In this document: piece by piece, positions 62,752 through 64,000 of the stretch
Position numbering within the stretch: position 1 is the first letter of the stretch
Layout of the letters: the number at the start of each line of letters is the position of its first letter
Source: Vicugna vicugna
Lineage: Eukaryota
Assembly (NCBI GenBank): GCA_013265495.1
Contig: MU060784.1
Location: 3,968,001 to 4,032,000 of the forward strand
Direction of reading: 5' to 3'
DNA length: 64,000 bases
Notes under the pieces: generated by a model
Databases searched by the model: none
Seen by the model: the letters and a program-made list of their open reading frames with translations, nothing else
Told to the model about the DNA's origin: nothing
Made by a program: the position numbers and the translations under genes

Positions 62752-63284
62752 TGAGAAAAATGGAATATACAAATGGATAGTGGCCAGACTATATATAAAA
62801 TAAAATTGATACACAACCTGCAGCAACCTGCCCAGGAAAGCAATCTTTTTGTTTTTTAAAATAATAACCAGTCTAGGAAGCCAGTGTGTTACCCGTCAGA
62901 TTTGGAGGAAGTCAGACTGCTATTTTTAGTAACAATCTAGGAAGCCAAACAATAATCCTCTTAACGGTTGGCCCCAAATGGTCAGGACTTGATTAGTAAG
63001 TGGCAGCTTCCCTAGGTTTTTCCCCTGCTTCCAACTTAAGACCAATGAGAGAAAGGCAGATGCGTCCCCTAACCAACCACCTGGATGCCCGAGTGCTAAT
63101 TAGCCTGTCTGCAGCTTTCCCATGGCAGCAGCCTCCAGGCAGGGCATACTTGACGCCCCCTTTCACTATGAAGTTTCCCCACTCCTCTGCCTGCCTTTGA
63201 GTCTTACCAGGATGCAAGTTATGGTGACTGGCTATACATATTCTTGGCTTGTTCTCATGTGGTTGGTACTACCGTATTGCCACG
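62752..63284 (+). mobile_element. Solo ERV1-class LTR (MER67/LTR54-like; name uncertain)
   Basis: Starts TG and ends ccacg (decayed CA); perfect 4-bp TSD tatc / tatc; internal cacaacctgcagcaacc...ccactcctctgcctgcctttgagtc. Confidence 0.8.
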
Positions 63285-63906
63285 TATCTGTTAGTGTTTT
63301 CCAGAAATCTTGTGAAGGTATTTTTCTTTCCCCTGTTGCCTGTAAGTGTGTTGGTATTCTCAAAGTCCTGAGTCAATGATTTAGAGTTTCTCAATTTCTC
63401 AACTTTCCTGTTATTAAAAATCTATGTCCTCTCATTTGAACTTTTAATTAAGGCTGAATTTGAAAAGTTGACTTATACTTTAAAATTCAACATTCTCTAT
63501 TCATAATAAAATAATTTTCTCTGATAGGTTGCATTATAACTAAAAATGTAACAATCTTTGGTGTGAGGTTGATTGAACCCATTCTGAATTTTAGCTAGAA
63601 TACCTCCATGAATTTATGTTTATGTGCATGCTTGTGTTTCTCCTCTGAGAAATGCAAACGATGAAACAGGCATTCGGAAACTGCAGTGCATCGCTTTTCC
63701 TAAAGTGTTTCATAATCTTCCTTTGTTGGGCTTGGCAACACCTTCTCCTCATTATTAGTATCATAACCTTTTAAAATTTTAAAGCATTTATTTTATTTAT
63801 TTTATCTTCTTCCTTTTTAAAATTGCAGTATAGTTGATAGTATCATCATCTTATCACAATCCTTATTACATTTCATCATCTCTCCTTACCTCACATTCCA
63901 TAAGTC

Positions 63907-64000
63907 ATTGTTTCTCAAAGCGTGGCCCTCAGGCCACTTGTATTACCCAAGAAGCTTGTCAAAATGCAGATTCCTGGGCCCCATCCATGCTGTACTGGAA
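63907..64000. mobile_element. MER5A, truncated by the window edge
   Basis: gtttctcaaagcgtgg...cttgtcaaaatgcagattcctgggcccca. Confidence 0.75.

Noticed and set aside
10100-64000. Any host protein-coding gene, processed pseudogene, rRNA, NUMT, CRISPR array or prokaryote-type system in the right-hand 54 kb
   Set aside because: No ORF resembles a cellular protein I recognise, and there is no exon chain or regularly spaced repeat-spacer array. The content is explained by mammalian interspersed repeats and unique non-coding DNA.

Overview
This window is mammalian genomic DNA, most likely camelid. That inference rests on four copies of a Vic-1-like tRNA-derived SINE and the absence of recognisable ruminant Bov-A/BovB, pig PRE or primate Alu elements. 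The only real protein-coding sequence is the 5' end of CFAP418 (C8orf37) on the minus strand: coding exon 1 at 9342-9499 and exon 2 at 4561-4648, with later exons off the left edge. Its CpG-island promoter carries a perfectly palindromic RFX X-box and an NRF1 site. An intact tRNA-Ser(AGA) gene (9980-10061, minus) lies about 480 bp upstream in tandem. The remaining ~54 kb has no coding gene I can support and is dominated by repeats. These include a decayed class I endogenous retrovirus (5' LTR, tRNA-Ile PBS, gag-pro-pol; env and 3' LTR missing), three solo LTRs with target-site duplications (TSDs), L1 copies of several ages, MIR/L2, MaLR/ERVL LTRs and old DNA transposons. The most interesting non-repeat signals are two strong, divergently oriented CTCF motifs, a STAT/GAS cluster with 10-bp periodicity, a probable L1 3' transduction, a strong 5'UTR splice donor competing with a weak exon-1 donor, and paired perfect TA palindromes. 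I found no evidence for a wholly new biological system. Repeat family names come from recalled consensus sequences and need Dfam/RepeatMasker confirmation. Repeat boundaries without a TSD are approximate.
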